Assembly (NCBI RefSeq): GCF_018977255.1
Contig: NW_024704743.1
Coordinates: 46,440,001 to 46,504,000, forward strand
Source: Callorhinchus milii
Lineage: Eukaryota
Direction of reading: 5' to 3'
DNA: 64,000 nucleotides
Shown: one piece after another, positions 11,683-24,280 of the stretch
Position numbering within the stretch: the first letter of the stretch is position 1
Layout: each line of letters starts with the position of its first letter
Notes under the pieces: model-generated
Told to the model about the DNA's origin: nothing
Database searches by the model: none
The model's input: only the letters and a program-made list of their open reading frames with translations
Made by a program: the position numbers and the translations under genes

Positions 11683-12712
11683 TAGCAAACAGATCCAGAA
11701 GCAGCAATTAACACTCGTTATTGTCTTTTGAGTAGAGAAACAGATTAATTTCTTGGGAGGTGGTGGCAAATCTTCTCTGGAAACAACAGCCCCATCTCAT
11801 TTATGTTACACGGTTGCCACCAAGGACAACAACACTGCTGTGCATAGTAACACAGTGAACCCATAAGCCAGTATTATTCTTTTATGAGCAGAGAGTGAGT
11901 CTCAAGAGCTGATCAATGCTACTGGTCTTTTCTCTTTAACTGTAATGCTTCATATTAAAATGTTTTATCACACTTTGCATTATCGCCCTTTGTCACATTG
12001 TACATTATCACATTATTATCAAATCAGCTCCATCCAAGAAGGCTTTTTGTGACTATTTATTTCAATGAGAGCCAGGATGGGTTTGCCTCCACCACTTGCA
12101 CGCGCACAATAAGTGTGAACTTCCAGAAAATACAAGGCTCATTTGTTGTGAATTTGAAAAAAAATGCAGCACGGATATTAATCTCACAATTATTTGTGTC
12201 TTTTTCAAAGTGAAGAACACAAAGAAGGAGGGTAATAGTGCTGCAGGTAATATGTCATTTTGAAAGTTCCACTGGTTATGAATAAAATAGTATTAGAAAT
12301 GAAAGATTGTGACCTCATAAATGTTTAATAAAAGGAGCTTGGTATTTCTGAAATTGCTAATTTGCAGTTGATTTAATGCCCATAAAAATAAGTTCTTAGT
12401 AACAATTTCAGATGTTAACTGTTAGTAAATTATTTCTACAGTTTAATCATAGTAAACTCCAGAAACGTTATGATTGTGTCATGATCTCATATGTGCCTCC
12501 TATTTGTATTATTTAATATTTGGGCATCAATCCATTTCGGCTGAGGTTACAGCTGAGTTTAAATGGAAACAGTTCATTTTGCAGTTCATATAGTCGCATG
12601 ATAGTGTGACACTGTGGAGTGCTGGGATGTCTGTTTGTCTAGTACAATGGATGCCAGTCTTAAGCTTAATATCTGTAGGAGTTGAATAGAAAGAGGAAGA
12701 ACCATCACTGTA

Positions 12713-13704
12713 TTGGGTTAACTTCCATAGATTTGCAGATGACTCCCAACTCCAGCTCTCTGCTTCCATCCATGATTCCAGGATCACTGCTATCCTGACT
12801 GATGCCTGTCGGGCATTATTTCCTGGATGAGAGCTAACTTTCTCCAATTGAATGTCGACAAAACAGAGGCTCTCCTGCTTAGCTCCCATCAGTGACTTTT
12901 ACCTCTGATGCTCAAAGCATCATTAAATATGGTTGCACACTTCACCTTACCAAGACATTACAGAATCTTGGTGTCTTGTTCAATGCTCAGTTGTCTTTTA
13001 AACTGCATATCCTTGCCTTGACCCGTTCAGCTTTTACTCATCCTCACAACATTTTCTGCCTACCTCTCCCCTCAGGCAGCCGAGACCCTTATCTATGCTT
13101 TTACCACTTCCAAGCTGGACTATGTTAAATCTCTGCTCATTCGACTTCCCAACTCTTCCTTCCCCTTGCTGAAGACTATTCGAGATTCTGCAGCTCATGT
13201 CCTCTCCCACACCAGGATCTGAGCCTATCATGTCCATCCTCGGCTACATTGGCTCCCCATCCATTAAAGGATCAAGTTCAAGATCCTCATCCTCACTTTT
13301 CCTCAACCTCTACAAGATCTTGCCCACCCTACCTTTCTGACCTCCTAAAACATTAGCAACCCACCCTTTCCCTCCACTCTGCAGGCTCTGGCCTATTTCA
13401 CGGCCCCTGCTCTTCCCATTCTACTATTGGCAGTTATGCTTTTAGCCTTTTTCTCCCAGCTCTGGAACTCCATTCTTGAACCTCTCCACATCGCCCCTTC
13501 CTTCACCTCCTTCAAGGTCCATCTCAAGACCTTCTTCTTTGTCCGTGCCTTTGGTCATCTTCCCATCGCCACCCCTTACCCCCTGGTCCCCATCCCTTCT
13601 TGTATCCAACCCCAGCTCAGGTGCAAACCCTTGATTGTCCAGCCCGTTAGGATGTCCTCCCGACATGAAAGGCACTTTATATAAATGCAATTTGTTGTTG
13701 TTGT
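12713..13704 (+). mobile_element. 5'-truncated L2 LINE, about 1 kb; same subfamily as 6477-7467
   Basis: Starts at gggttaacttccatagatttgcagatgac (VNFH.FADD). Shares the 3' UTR cccagctca..tgcaaacccttga. Ends in (TTG)n. Confidence 0.95.
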
Positions 13705-13789
13705 ATCAGCAAGTCTTCCTGTAACTACCGTAGTAATGTAATCTTGTTGTTGTTGTAGGTGTTTGTGAGAGATTAGAAATACAATTTAA

Positions 13790-14125
13790 AAGCAACTTGA
13801 ATTTATGTAGAATCCTTCACTTAGGATAACATTTCAGAGCATTTCCCATTGGTGGGTTTGGATGCTGAGCTCGGAGGAGGGAGAGGGGACAATTGGTGTC
13901 ATTGAAGATTTAGGTTTAAGATAGGATTTATAGACAGATAGAGAGGTGGATGGGGCGAGAAGGAAGGATAGAGATATGGCACATAGGGTGATGCAGAGTT
14001 TGACGTGAGTTTGACAGGCAGCAGCGTTTTGCATTAACTGGACCTCGTGAATGGTGGAACTAAGGACACCAGTGAGGAGTAGTCTGAGAAATCAATGTGG
14101 GAGGTGACAAAAGGGTTTTGGTGGC
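13790..14125 (-). mobile_element. Degraded L2 3' fragment
   Basis: Tail motif plus ORF piece QNAAACQTH. Confidence 0.65.
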
Positions 14126-14264
14126 ATTTGCTGCAGTGTAAAACATGATATTTAGACTTTCATTTTTATCGATGGACACTGTGGCTATGATACAGATTCA
14201 TTTGTTTTGATTCAGGAATCTTTAACCCAAGCAGACATCAGTACAGCGTGTTTCATGAAGAGAC

Positions 14265-14670
14265 TCAAATAATTAAATGTCTACAGGACAAACAAGCTAG
14301 ACAGGATACTCCCTAGAATTCTCAAGGAAATGAAGGAGGAAATGGAAGAGCTCTGGTTAATATTTTTAGGCGCTCCATAAACAGTGGAGCTTTACCCGAG
14401 GCCTGGAGGAGAGCAAATACCATTCCACTATTCAGAATAGGAGTGAGACACAAGCCTGGAAACTGTAGAGCAGTTTATTTAACATTTGCAGTGAGGAAAA
14501 TACTTGACAGCATTATATTGCCTATCAATGCTCATCTTAAAAGCGCAGAGACTCTGAGGAATAGTCAGTGAGGATTTAGAATCAATATGACATGTTGTGT
14601 GAATCTACTGAAGATCTTTGAGATGGTAATTATGCTAATGCGTAGTGGTATTAGGTGGATATACAATATT
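14265..14670 (+). mobile_element. CR1 LINE RT N-terminal fragment
   Basis: PRILKEMKEE...PEAWRRANTIPLF...PGNCRAVYLT..VRKILDSII...SQ*GFR...CCVNLLKIFE. Confidence 0.85.
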
Positions 14671-14941
14671 GTTCTATGTTGAATGCACACACCTTCCCTG
14701 CATGTGCATCAAAAATTGAAATTAGCGGGTTCTTCATATCCACAGCCCTAAATCAAATCCAAACTGACAAGTAACTGGAACTAATTTGGTCATGCTCTCT
14801 CTTAATACAGCAATCTTTTCTATTTTTAGTAGGTAACTAGGATCAATGAGGTGTAACACGTAATGACTGGTACAGTTTGAGGTGTGGGTTGCAGAAATGT
14901 TTAATAAACATCAATTTACGATAATTAGCAAAGGGGAGATT

Positions 14942-15925
14942 AACAACAACAACAACTTGGATTTATATAGCACCCGCCACGCCGGACAACGTCTCCGAGT
15001 GCTTCACAGTAACGGATCCTGGGCCCAATCCAGGGGGAGGGGGAGGAAGGTGACCAAAATCTCAGTCGAAAAGAAAGGTCTTCAGCTGAGACCTGAAAGT
15101 AGGAAGAGAAGGGGTGAGGTGAAGGGAGTGAGGAAGGGAGTTCCAGAGCCTCGGGGCATAGTGGCTGAAGGACTCGGGGGACGAGGAGGAGGCCAGACCC
15201 AGTGGAGCGAAGGCAACGGGCACTATTTTGAGGCGAGAGGAGGTCAGAGAGGTAGGGGGGGTGCAGAGGAGTGGAGGGATTTGAAGATAAGGGTGAGGAT
15301 CTTGAAGTCGATCCTCTCTGAGATAGGCAGCCAGTGCAGTCTGGCAAGGGCTGGGGTAATCGGGGAGTGGAGTTTGGTGCGGGTAAGAATGTGGGCGGCA
15401 GAGTTTTGGATGACCTGGAATTTATGGATGGTAGTGGAGTGGAGGCCGGCGAGGAGGGCATTTGAATTGTCCAACCAAGGGGTGACAAGGCATGGACCAG
15501 GGTTTCAGTGGCTTTTGGAGTGAGTTATTGGCAGAGACGGGCGATGCGTCGGAGTTGGAAGTAAGTGGTGCTAGTGAGCAACCGGATGTGGGGGGAGGAA
15601 GGATAATTGGGGATCGATCCTGACGCCTAGATGGCATACGGGTTCAGAGAATTTTAGGGGGAGGTCGGGTAGGTGGAGTAGGTGAGAACCATGTGATTTT
15701 AGCCGTTGACAAGAGCCAAAGAGTATGGCTTCCGTCTTGTCAACATTCAGCTGAAGGAAATTTGCGCTCATCCAGCCCCTGAGGTCTGACAGGCAGGCTG
15801 ACAGAACATCAGGGGATTGGGGGTCACAAAGTGAGGTGGAAAAATAGAGTTGGGTGTCGTCCGCATACATGTGGAAGTGTACCCCACGGATGACATCCCG
15901 AAGAGAGAGCATGTAGATTAAGAGG
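14942..15925 (-). mobile_element. 5'-truncated L2 LINE, about 1 kb
   Basis: [13 protein letters not shown] and LARLHWLPISERIDFKIL; (TTG)n tail. Confidence 0.95.
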
Positions 15926-15981
15926 AAATTACCCTGTCGGGTGTGGTGGTCAAAGTAAAATCCATATTAGCTTTCAAGAGT

Positions 15982-16350
15982 GGAGTCCTGTAGTTCAGTG
16001 GCTAGAGCACTCACCTTCTAAGCAAGAGACCTGGGTTCGATTCCCGATAGAGCGAAACGTTGGGCAAGTTTCCTTAGTCCACACGCCTTTGTTTACCGAG
16101 CAGTAAGTTGGAACCCGGTTGTTAGTCGATTGGCGTATTGCTGTTCCAGGGGTAATAACTCCTTTAAAAAAAGTAATAAATTGGTCACTCAATCCACGAT
16201 TGTTTGTGGGACACATCTGTGTACAATTGGGTGCTGCATTTCGCCCACAAAATATACAGTCAATTCACTTTATAGTGTATTTTGTGAAGCGCTTTACATC
16301 TTGAAGACGTGGTAAGATGCTATATCAAATGCAAGGATTATTATTTTATT
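15982..16350 (+). mobile_element. Full-length tRNA-head/Deu/L2-tail SINE
   Basis: GGAGTCCTGTAGTTCAGTGG (box A), GGTTCGATTCC (box B), Deu core, tail ending in (TTA)n. Confidence 0.95.
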
Positions 16351-16351
16351 A

Positions 16352-16510
16352 TGTAAGAAAGAACTAGATAGATAACTAAAAAGAAATAATTTGCTTGGGT
16401 ATGGGAAAAAGGCAGGTAAATGGGACAGAATGGATTGCACCTTCAAAGAGCCAGCACTGATACAATAAGATGAATGACCTTCTCTGTGCTGTAAATTTAT
16501 ATTTCTATAA
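16352..16510 (+). mobile_element. CR1 3' UTR fragment
   Basis: gggtatgggaaaaaggcaggtaaatgggac...caaagagccagcac...gaatgaccttctctgtgctgt. Confidence 0.7.
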
Positions 16511-17304
16511 TATTCTTGACATGTAAGAGGAGACATTCATGATTACTCTTGTGTCACTGTTGCACAGGACTTTCCTTCAGATCAAAATTTGTTGCAGTAG
16601 CTTTCCCCTTAGTTATCGTGTTCATCTTTTGTTTCTGAGCCCAGTTAAAATCCATTTCAGAATGAACAGCAGACTATTGGATATACTGTTGATGGGGCTT
16701 CTAAAGGTTATCTTCGTTGCAGTTTCTGTGCGTTTGTTTCTGGTGAAGTTTCTCATTATTATTTGCTGAAGCTTTGATAGCTTTTCATGTTGCCACTGAA
16801 TAACCTTATAGTCCCTCAGTGTTTGTTTACTTGTACATCCGCTAAAAAGGAATTTGTCTGGTGTGGTGAGGATACAGAAAGCATTCCCAATCTGCGGCCT
16901 TTTGTCTCCATCTGTGCTTCCTGTTGACCAAGCAATGACCTGGTGACCAGATCATAATCAGGTTGTTCACCCAGGCTGGGGGTCAAGACACTTGACTGAA
17001 GAGTTGGAGATGTCCAGAGAATGATTTTTTGTCACTGACACTGTGCCAAACTATTGCAATTTCCTGTACTAATCCCATGGTTATAAAATACCTGGATGTA
17101 ACAAAATAGAGCGTGAACGTATTTCCTAAATAATTGGCCAACAAAGTTCAGACACTGCTGTAGCTTATGCTGTTATTCTTAAAGCCAGTATTTGAGATGG
17201 TTGGGGATAATGTGTGTGTCTTTCTATAATAATTTTCACTTCTATGTTTCCGAGTTATGCGATTTACTGCAAATGTTAAAAATATCTTTTCAAAAATTAT
17301 TTAT

Positions 17305-17415
17305 TATAATAATCCTTGCATTTAATATACTGCCTTTCAAGTCAAGGAGACATCTCAAAGCACTTTACATAATTTACTGTAGGTATTGTGACTGTATATT
17401 TTGTAGGTAAATATG
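17305..17415 (-). mobile_element. SINE tail
   Basis: ataataatccttgcatttaatatac...tctcaaagcacttt. Confidence 0.75.
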
Positions 17416-17480
17416 CTATTTTTTTACAGTAATCATACTGGGATGTACGTATGTCCTCTCTTCCCCCTTACCCCCCCCCA

Positions 17481-17642
17481 CACCATGCATTGCGCACACT
17501 GCCTTTACTAAGATGGCCATCCTCCCTCCTCACCGCCATTAAAGATTAATGTTTTACCAAGATGGTCACTATCTCCTGCACCCCCCCCATGAATGGAAGA
17601 TGGTGCCCATCTTGGTAAAGACAAAGCCAGCAATGCGTAGTG
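17481..17642. repeat. Imperfect foldback with arms of about 42 bp and repeated AAGATGG motifs
   Basis: Arms at 17481-17521 and 17599-17642, with a third internal copy ttttaccaagatggtcactatc. Confidence 0.7.
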
Positions 17643-18439
17643 AGTGCAGGAGGAAGGCAATGGCTCTCAGTATCCTTTCCTCAAATGGAGTGAGCTGTGG
17701 CTCCTCCTAGTTGACTTGCAAATGTTTCTCTGCCAATCAACCCAGGAACATTGAGCAGTGACACAACTCTGCTGGTACGAGCAACGGCTTTTATTCACTA
17801 ACATCCCCTCACAGCATTCTCACAGTTAAATTGTATAATTGATTATCATTTTGTAAAACACTAAGTGGTTGAATATTTCTTCCTCATTATATTTACTGTA
17901 CAATATATAGAAGTCTATTTAAAAGGATAACCTTTGCTCATTTCTAGATAGCCCCGGTAGTAGGCCATATACCTATAAAACTATCTACTTTCACTGCATG
18001 CACAAAGTCATTTAGTTCTTCCCATGCTCAATATCTTTGCAGAATCATAGAAATTGACAGCGCAGAGAGGAGGCCATTACAATGGACTCCACTTCATTTA
18101 CCCCTTAGAAGATCACACTGTAATCTGTAGAGTTGAAAACTTTGTTTCAGGTCAATAAAAGCTATGAATCGATGATCAATGACCTTGCCTATTGATTGGC
18201 TTTTAAACATTCAAAAAAGTCAGTGATTTTCTGAGGTATATAAAAACAAGGATTGCATTACTGCCAACTTTTCTGAGTCATTATTTAAACCTCTGGCATT
18301 AGAAATTCAATGTTTTGTCACTTTTGTTTAAGAATAACACGTAATAGGGCACTGTATTGTATCGGGAATGAAGCCAGTTTGTTCCAATCGCAGGTAGATC
18401 AATGTACAGCTGCTGTGTTTGAAACAAATTCTTAATCAT

Positions 18440-18750
18440 AAATAATAACAATCTTTGCGCTTGGTATAGAGCCTTTCACGTCAGGAGGCAGCCCACAGCG
18501 CTTCACAGGATTCGCTGTAAAGTGTAACGACTATGTGTAAGCAAACGCAGCAGTCAATTTCTAACAGTAATGTTCCGCAAACAGCCACGAAGCGAGTGAA
18601 CAATTTTATTTAGGAGATTGTTGGCCAAGACACCGGGACAAACTCTCTTGTCTTTTCAAATAGTGCCATGGGATCTTTAATATCGACCTGAACAAGCAGT
18701 TGGGAACTTGGTTCAATGTCTCATTCGACCCCAAGAGGATACTGCAATAA
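18440..18750 (-). mobile_element. SacSINE1-like Deu SINE
   Basis: Tail, Deu core and aatagtgccatgggatctttaa. Confidence 0.85.
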
Positions 18751-20109
18751 TTTGGATTACTAAAGGGTACAGAAATATTTCTGATCATTACCTTATCCAC
18801 ATATTCCTTGTGCAGGCGGTGGCTTCAGCGTATCTAATGTTTTACTGTCTATGGTGCTTTGGAACGAAGAGCAGTCCTTTCATTTTGGTGAACACTCAAG
18901 CAAGTAATAGATTTCTACGTAAGACTCAAATGGAAAACAATCAAGAGTTGTATTACCTGCTGGCACAACTAGCCAAAAATAAGTCAAAGTCATTATAGTG
19001 CTATGAAACCCATTTTAATTTGCTCACATTCAGTCACAGCCGCTCAGAATTGAAATTCCCAGTGACAAAGTGAATTGAGTCTTCATTTGTATCACAGGCT
19101 CTCAACTGGCCCAGGATTGATACCCTGAATGCAACAGAGGTGAATTGCTGGTTGCCATGGAGCTGAAGCAGTGATTGCGAGGGAGCTGATGGGGTGGTTT
19201 TAATGAAGTTGAACAGGTGGTTGCAATGGGGTGTTGCGGCAGATGCAGTGGAGCTAATGCAATGAGTGGAATAAGTATAACAAATCAGGCAGAGTTCTGT
19301 GGAATCATGTAACAAATGCCTTTAACCATTTATACTATACTCTCAGACCTGGTCCCAAATACAGGTGTTATGCCAGGATTAACTAAGAGCACAGAATTCA
19401 GCATATTGATATTGCTCACTTGAGTTCATATGCATCAAATTGCTGGATCTGCCACTGACCTCCAGTTGTCCTTGTACACCATTATAAAATGTTTTGTGGG
19501 CAGACTTCTTGGCCCATTATCTTTCCAGCTACTGTATAGCTTAAGGATACTCTAATCAAATGTAATAATTGCTAAATTATCTCATTTTAATTGAGAATAA
19601 AATAAAATGACAGGATAATTCCTAAAACTGTATAATATTCAGCACTGCAACACTTCAGTGTATTGGAGTGGGGAACATATCCAAAGGTAGCAAGCTGGAA
19701 TACATTTCTGGTTGAATGTTGATTTCAGTTAATTTTCTATTGTTTAAGTTGAGCATTCAGCCAAATGTCAAGACTCCGAGTCAGTTCAGGAGGATTAATT
19801 TAATTGGAGGGTGTTTGGTTCTTTTCCATTTGCTTTGCACCGCTAATTGCTGTCATACCAGTCATTTCCTGACCAGCAAATAAAAGAAGACAGAAGCAGT
19901 TTGCTGGGAAAACACGCCGGCTGCTCTTTTGTTTGCATTTTCAGAAGCTTTTGAACAGGCTGCCAAACTTCATTATAAAATGGAGAAAATGAAACCCGCA
20001 ACAACTTCAAGCTTAGCGAGAGGGCAAAATGTAGTCACTTTAATGGATTTAATTTTGTTGCTGTTAGCTGCCACTTCTAAAGCAGGCTGGAAAATGGGGG
20101 TTTGTTTTA

Positions 20110-22914
20110 TAATAATAATCCTTGCATTTGGTACAGGGCTTTTCATGTCTGGAGGACGTCTCAAAGCACTTCACAGAATTAACTATGAAGTGGAATGGCT
20201 GTGTATTTGTAGGTGAACACAGCAGCCCATTTGCACACAGCAATGTCTCATAAACAGCCACGAAATGAATAACCATTTTTTTTACTCAAGGGTTACTTTG
20301 ACAACAACAACAACAAGATTCCATTTATAGAGCGCCTTTCATGTCGGGAGGACTTCCCAAGGCGCTGGACAGTTGGGTCAGGACCCGAGCAGGAGGGAAA
20401 TGGTCAGGGTGAGGGGAGGGAAGGGAGGGAGCGAGGAGGGGATAGAGAGTCGAGAGGGGAGCTGAAGGCACGGTCAAAGAGAAAGGTCTTGAGACCGGCC
20501 TTGAAGGAGGAAAGGGAGGAGGCAGCGAAGGCACTGGGGGATGGAGTTCCAGAGCCTAGGGGCTGAGAGGCTGAAAGCCCGGCCACCGATGGTAGGGCGG
20601 TTGGGGCGGGGGATGTGGAGCAGACCGGAGCCAGAGGAATGGAGGGTACGGGCAGGTAGGTAGGGGGATAGTAGGTCGGAGAGGTAGGGGGGAGCGAGGC
20701 CGTGAATGGCCTTGTAGGTGAGGATGAGGATCTTGAATTCGATCCTCTGGGGGATGGGGAGCCAGTGGAGGCGAGCGAGGGTGGGAGTGATGTGGTCCCG
20801 AAGCCTGGTGCGGGACAGTACACGAGCTGCAGAGTTCTGAATGACCTGCAGCTTGTGGAGGGAGGTGCCGGGAAGGCCGGCGAGGAGAGAGTTCCCATAG
20901 TCCAGCCTTGAGGTGATAAAGGCGTGGACCAGAGTTTCAGCAGCGTGAGGGGTGAGGTAGTGCCGTAGTCTGGCGATGTTTCGGAGGTGATGGAAGGCGG
21001 TGCCAGTTGTGGCGCGGATATGAGGAAGAAAGGACAGCTCAGGGTCGAACAGAACGCCGAGGTTCCTGACTGGCTTTGAGAGGTGGAGAGTGCAGCCTTG
21101 GATGCTGATGCTGTCAGCGCCTGAGGTGCGGAGGCGCTGACGTGAGCCAATCAGGAGGGCCTCAGTTTTGCGCACGTTGAGCTGAAGAAAGTTGTCTCTC
21201 GTCCAGGACTCGATGTCGGACAGGCAGCTGTCAGGACATCGGTGGTCGTGGAGTTGAGGGTAGAGGAGGAAAGGTAGAGTTGGGTGTCATCCGCATACAT
21301 GTGGAAGTTAACCCCATGTCTGCGGATGATGTCACCAAGGGGGAGCATATAGAGGGTGAAGAGGAGGGGACCGAGGACAGAGCCCTGAGGGACACCGCAC
21401 GAGACAGTGCGGGGGCTGGAGGAAAAGCCATTTGTGGAAACAAAATGAAGACGGTGGGAGAGGTACGACCTAAACCACTCAAGGACAGGGCCTTGAAGGT
21501 TGAGGTGGGAGGACAAGCGGTGGAGGAGGATAGCGTGGTCGACCGTATCGAATGCTGCCGATAGGTCGAGGAGGACGAGGAGGCAGAGGGAGCCCTGGTC
21601 GCAGATGGTCAAGATGTCATTGGTGACCTTGACCAGGGTGGTTTCTGTGCAATGGGCAGCACGGAAACCCGACTGAAGGTGTTCGAATAGTGCATGGGTG
21701 GAGAGGAAAGAGCGCAGCTGGGAGGTGACAACTCTTTCAAGGACCTTGGACAGGAAGGGGAGGTTGGAGATGGGCCAGCAGCTTGATAGCTGCGATGCAT
21801 CAAGGGAGGGTTTTTTCAAAGTGGGAGTGATGATGGCAGTTTTTAGGGGAATGGGAACAGAGCCAGAGGAGAGGGACAGGTTGATGATGTCTGTGATAAG
21901 TGGGGCAAGGAGGTGGAGCTGAGAGATAAGGAGTGGAGTGGGGATGGGGTCAAGGGAGCAGGTGGTGGGTTTCAGGGACAGGATGAATTTGGTGACAGAG
22001 AGTGGGGAAACGGGTACGAAGGTGTGTAGGGGAGGATGGGTAGGAGTCAGAGTGTGGGAGGGAACGGGTGGGGGGTAGGTGGAAGTTGGAGGGGGAGTGA
22101 CCGCAGAGCGGATTCCCTTGATTTTGGATTCAAGGAAATCCAGCATCTCCTCGCAGTGAAGGTTGGAGGAGATGACCTGCGCGGGGTGGCGGGGGGACGG
22201 AGAAGTCGGGATGTGGTAGAAAACAGAAGCCTGGGGTTGTTCTTCGCCTCCAGGATTATCCTGGAGTAGAAGGACGACTTGGCCGAGGCTCGAATGGAGC
22301 GGTAGATTTTGAGGAGGTCCAGCCAGATTTGTCGGTGGACCGTTAAGCCAGATTTGAGGCAGGTGCGTTCAGCGGCTCGCACCTGGCTCTTCAGTGAGCG
22401 GAGGTGGGTGGTGAACCAGGGGGAGGGGCGAGAGTAGGAGACAGTACGGGAGGTGATGGGGGCAGGAGTGTCGAGTGTGGAGAAGAGGGTGTTGTGGAGG
22501 AGGGTGAGAGGAGAAGAGGGGTCAGTGAGGGTTGAAGGCCAGAGGGAGAGGAGTTCAGAGGACTCCAAGGCAGCGGTTAGGGATTGTGGGGGTAACTTAT
22601 TCCAGGGGCAGTAGAAGATGGTGGTGGGTCTGGTGGAGGTGGGGAGGGGGGTGGAGGTGGTGAAGGAGATGAAGTGGAGGAACTCCCTTCTTTTTTGAAT
22701 AATGCCATGGGATTGTTAACGGCCAAATGAATAAACAGACGGGTCCCCGGTTTCATGACTCATCTGAAGGACGGCACCACCAACACTGCTGCACACCCGC
22801 AGCACTGCACTAGAGTGTCAGCCGAGATTGTGAGTTCCAAGTCCTGACACGAGACTTGAACCCATAACTTTCTGACTTAGAGACAAGACTGCTACCAACT
22901 GAGGCAGACTGACA
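20110..22914 (-). mobile_element. SacSINE1-like SINE (20110-20295 and 22680-22914) split by the young L2
   Basis: Tail and Deu core lie left of the L2. The body and tRNA head (acttgaacccataactttctgacttagag...ccaactgaggc) lie right of it. Confidence 0.8.
20301..22680 (-). mobile_element. Young 5'-truncated L2 LINE, 2.4 kb, RT nearly intact
   Basis: Consecutive ORFs 22047-22568, 21151-22146 ([33 protein letters not shown]) and 20474-21175 are joined by frameshifts. No endonuclease domain. (TTG)n tail. Confidence 0.97.
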
Positions 22915-23589
22915 CAGACTGAAAGAAATATGACTACAAAGGACTAATGGTTTTCATCTTACATTTGTATACATGTGTGTATACATATGTATTGTTATGT
23001 TATATTTGTCACCGTTTTGAGACCCCTCACTGCTATGCCACAGAGCATTCACTGACTGTAGGGATACAATTTGGTCCCAGAACTAGGCAACTAGCACCCT
23101 TGAGCTGTCCATGAAGTAGTGAGTGAGACCAATGTTCTTTCATATGGATATTCCCCTGGAAATTTGCCACTCAAAACCTCTCCAGATGATCAACAGCAAT
23201 TGTGAAAATCGTACATGGGTTTGAACATTTAATATCATGAAGATGGCAGCAGATACTAAAGCAGGTCTTGTATTATGAGCTAAAATAAGTAGTATAGACA
23301 AGATATGGATAAAATGCTCCCTAATACAGGGCCACCTGTAAGAATGCACTCCTGTTCAGTTTATACCATGGGTGTGCAGTGGAGCTGCAGGCCTTTGGCA
23401 CTGACTGACCAACAGTGTCACTTCCTGCACACTACCCAAGAAGTGATATCAGTGGTGACCTAAGAAGTCAGAATCACTGACCAGCAGCCATTTCTTAATG
23501 CTACTCCATTACGTGGGGTCTGATTTAGGATACAAACCACCCTATTATAATGAGATCTCCCTGTAATATGTTTAATCTGGTTAAAAACT

Positions 23590-23790
23590 CCAGTTGATGG
23601 GGATAATGTATCAAGCTCAAGGAAGGTGAACTGACAGTGTATGGCTAATTATTTTGCACAGAGAGTGGTGAATATGTGGTACAGACTAACCATTTGCAGA
23701 TTCTATCAGCAAATTCAAGAGGGAATCTGACAGCTATTTGGGAAAGAAATTGATTAAGATCTGTGAGGCAGGTTGTGCAAAATATTGCCT
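23590..23790 (+). mobile_element. CR1 3' fragment
   Basis: ttttgcacagagagtggtgaatatgtgg...aaattcaagagggaatctgacagctatttg. Confidence 0.65.
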
Positions 23791-23864
23791 TAATGTAAGA
23801 ACAAACAAATCACCAAGTTTGTTTGTTCTCTCTGCTACCTATAAGGTGGTCTTAACTGAATTCC

Positions 23865-24280
23865 TAGTGGGTGTCTCATCATAGACTGGAACTAGATTAG
23901 AAGTATCATGAAGAGCTACCAACAGAGACTCGTTTTGGGAAAAGGAAATGTCACACTGGTGCAGTGAGTAGTGTAGGATTTATTTTTATTTTATTTACTT
24001 TGGGGCTTGTTAGATGCACCACAGTAGTCTTTTCCTATATACCTGAGGAGAATCCAAAGCAAAAACAAAAGTTACGTAGCACCAGTGGCAATACTAGGGA
24101 TCGACTAGCAAACGTCCATGCAAACTGGTGTCAGAAATGTGAAAAACAACTTCAAGCCATCCTGGGATAAAACACAGCAAACTGTCAATCCTGATCACCC
24201 CCACTTGGGAGTGTGAAAGATGTGGAAGCATCTGTGTGTCATAAATCGACCTTTTGAAACACCAACAAGTCAGAAGAACT
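23865..24280 (+). mobile_element. RTE-type LINE 3' fragment with terminal zinc finger
   Basis: Ends in WECERCGSICVS*IDLLKHQ, like the RTE CxxC..C.S.IGL.SH motif. Upstream YHEELPTETR resembles YGEL..G.R. Confidence 0.6.

Noticed and set aside
14882..15523. 213-aa ORF and similar ORFs (20404-21150, 10733-11101, 51238-51657)
   Set aside because: These are antisense or alternative frames of L2 copies.
15982..16055. tRNA genes (also at 6034, 28810-28880, 52670, 57627)
   Set aside because: These are SINE heads that continue into a SINE body and tail, with no complete cloverleaf or terminator.
21151..22146. 331-aa RT ORF as a host gene or novel RT system
   Set aside because: It is an ordinary 5'-truncated, frameshifted L2 ORF2 with many homologous copies in the window.
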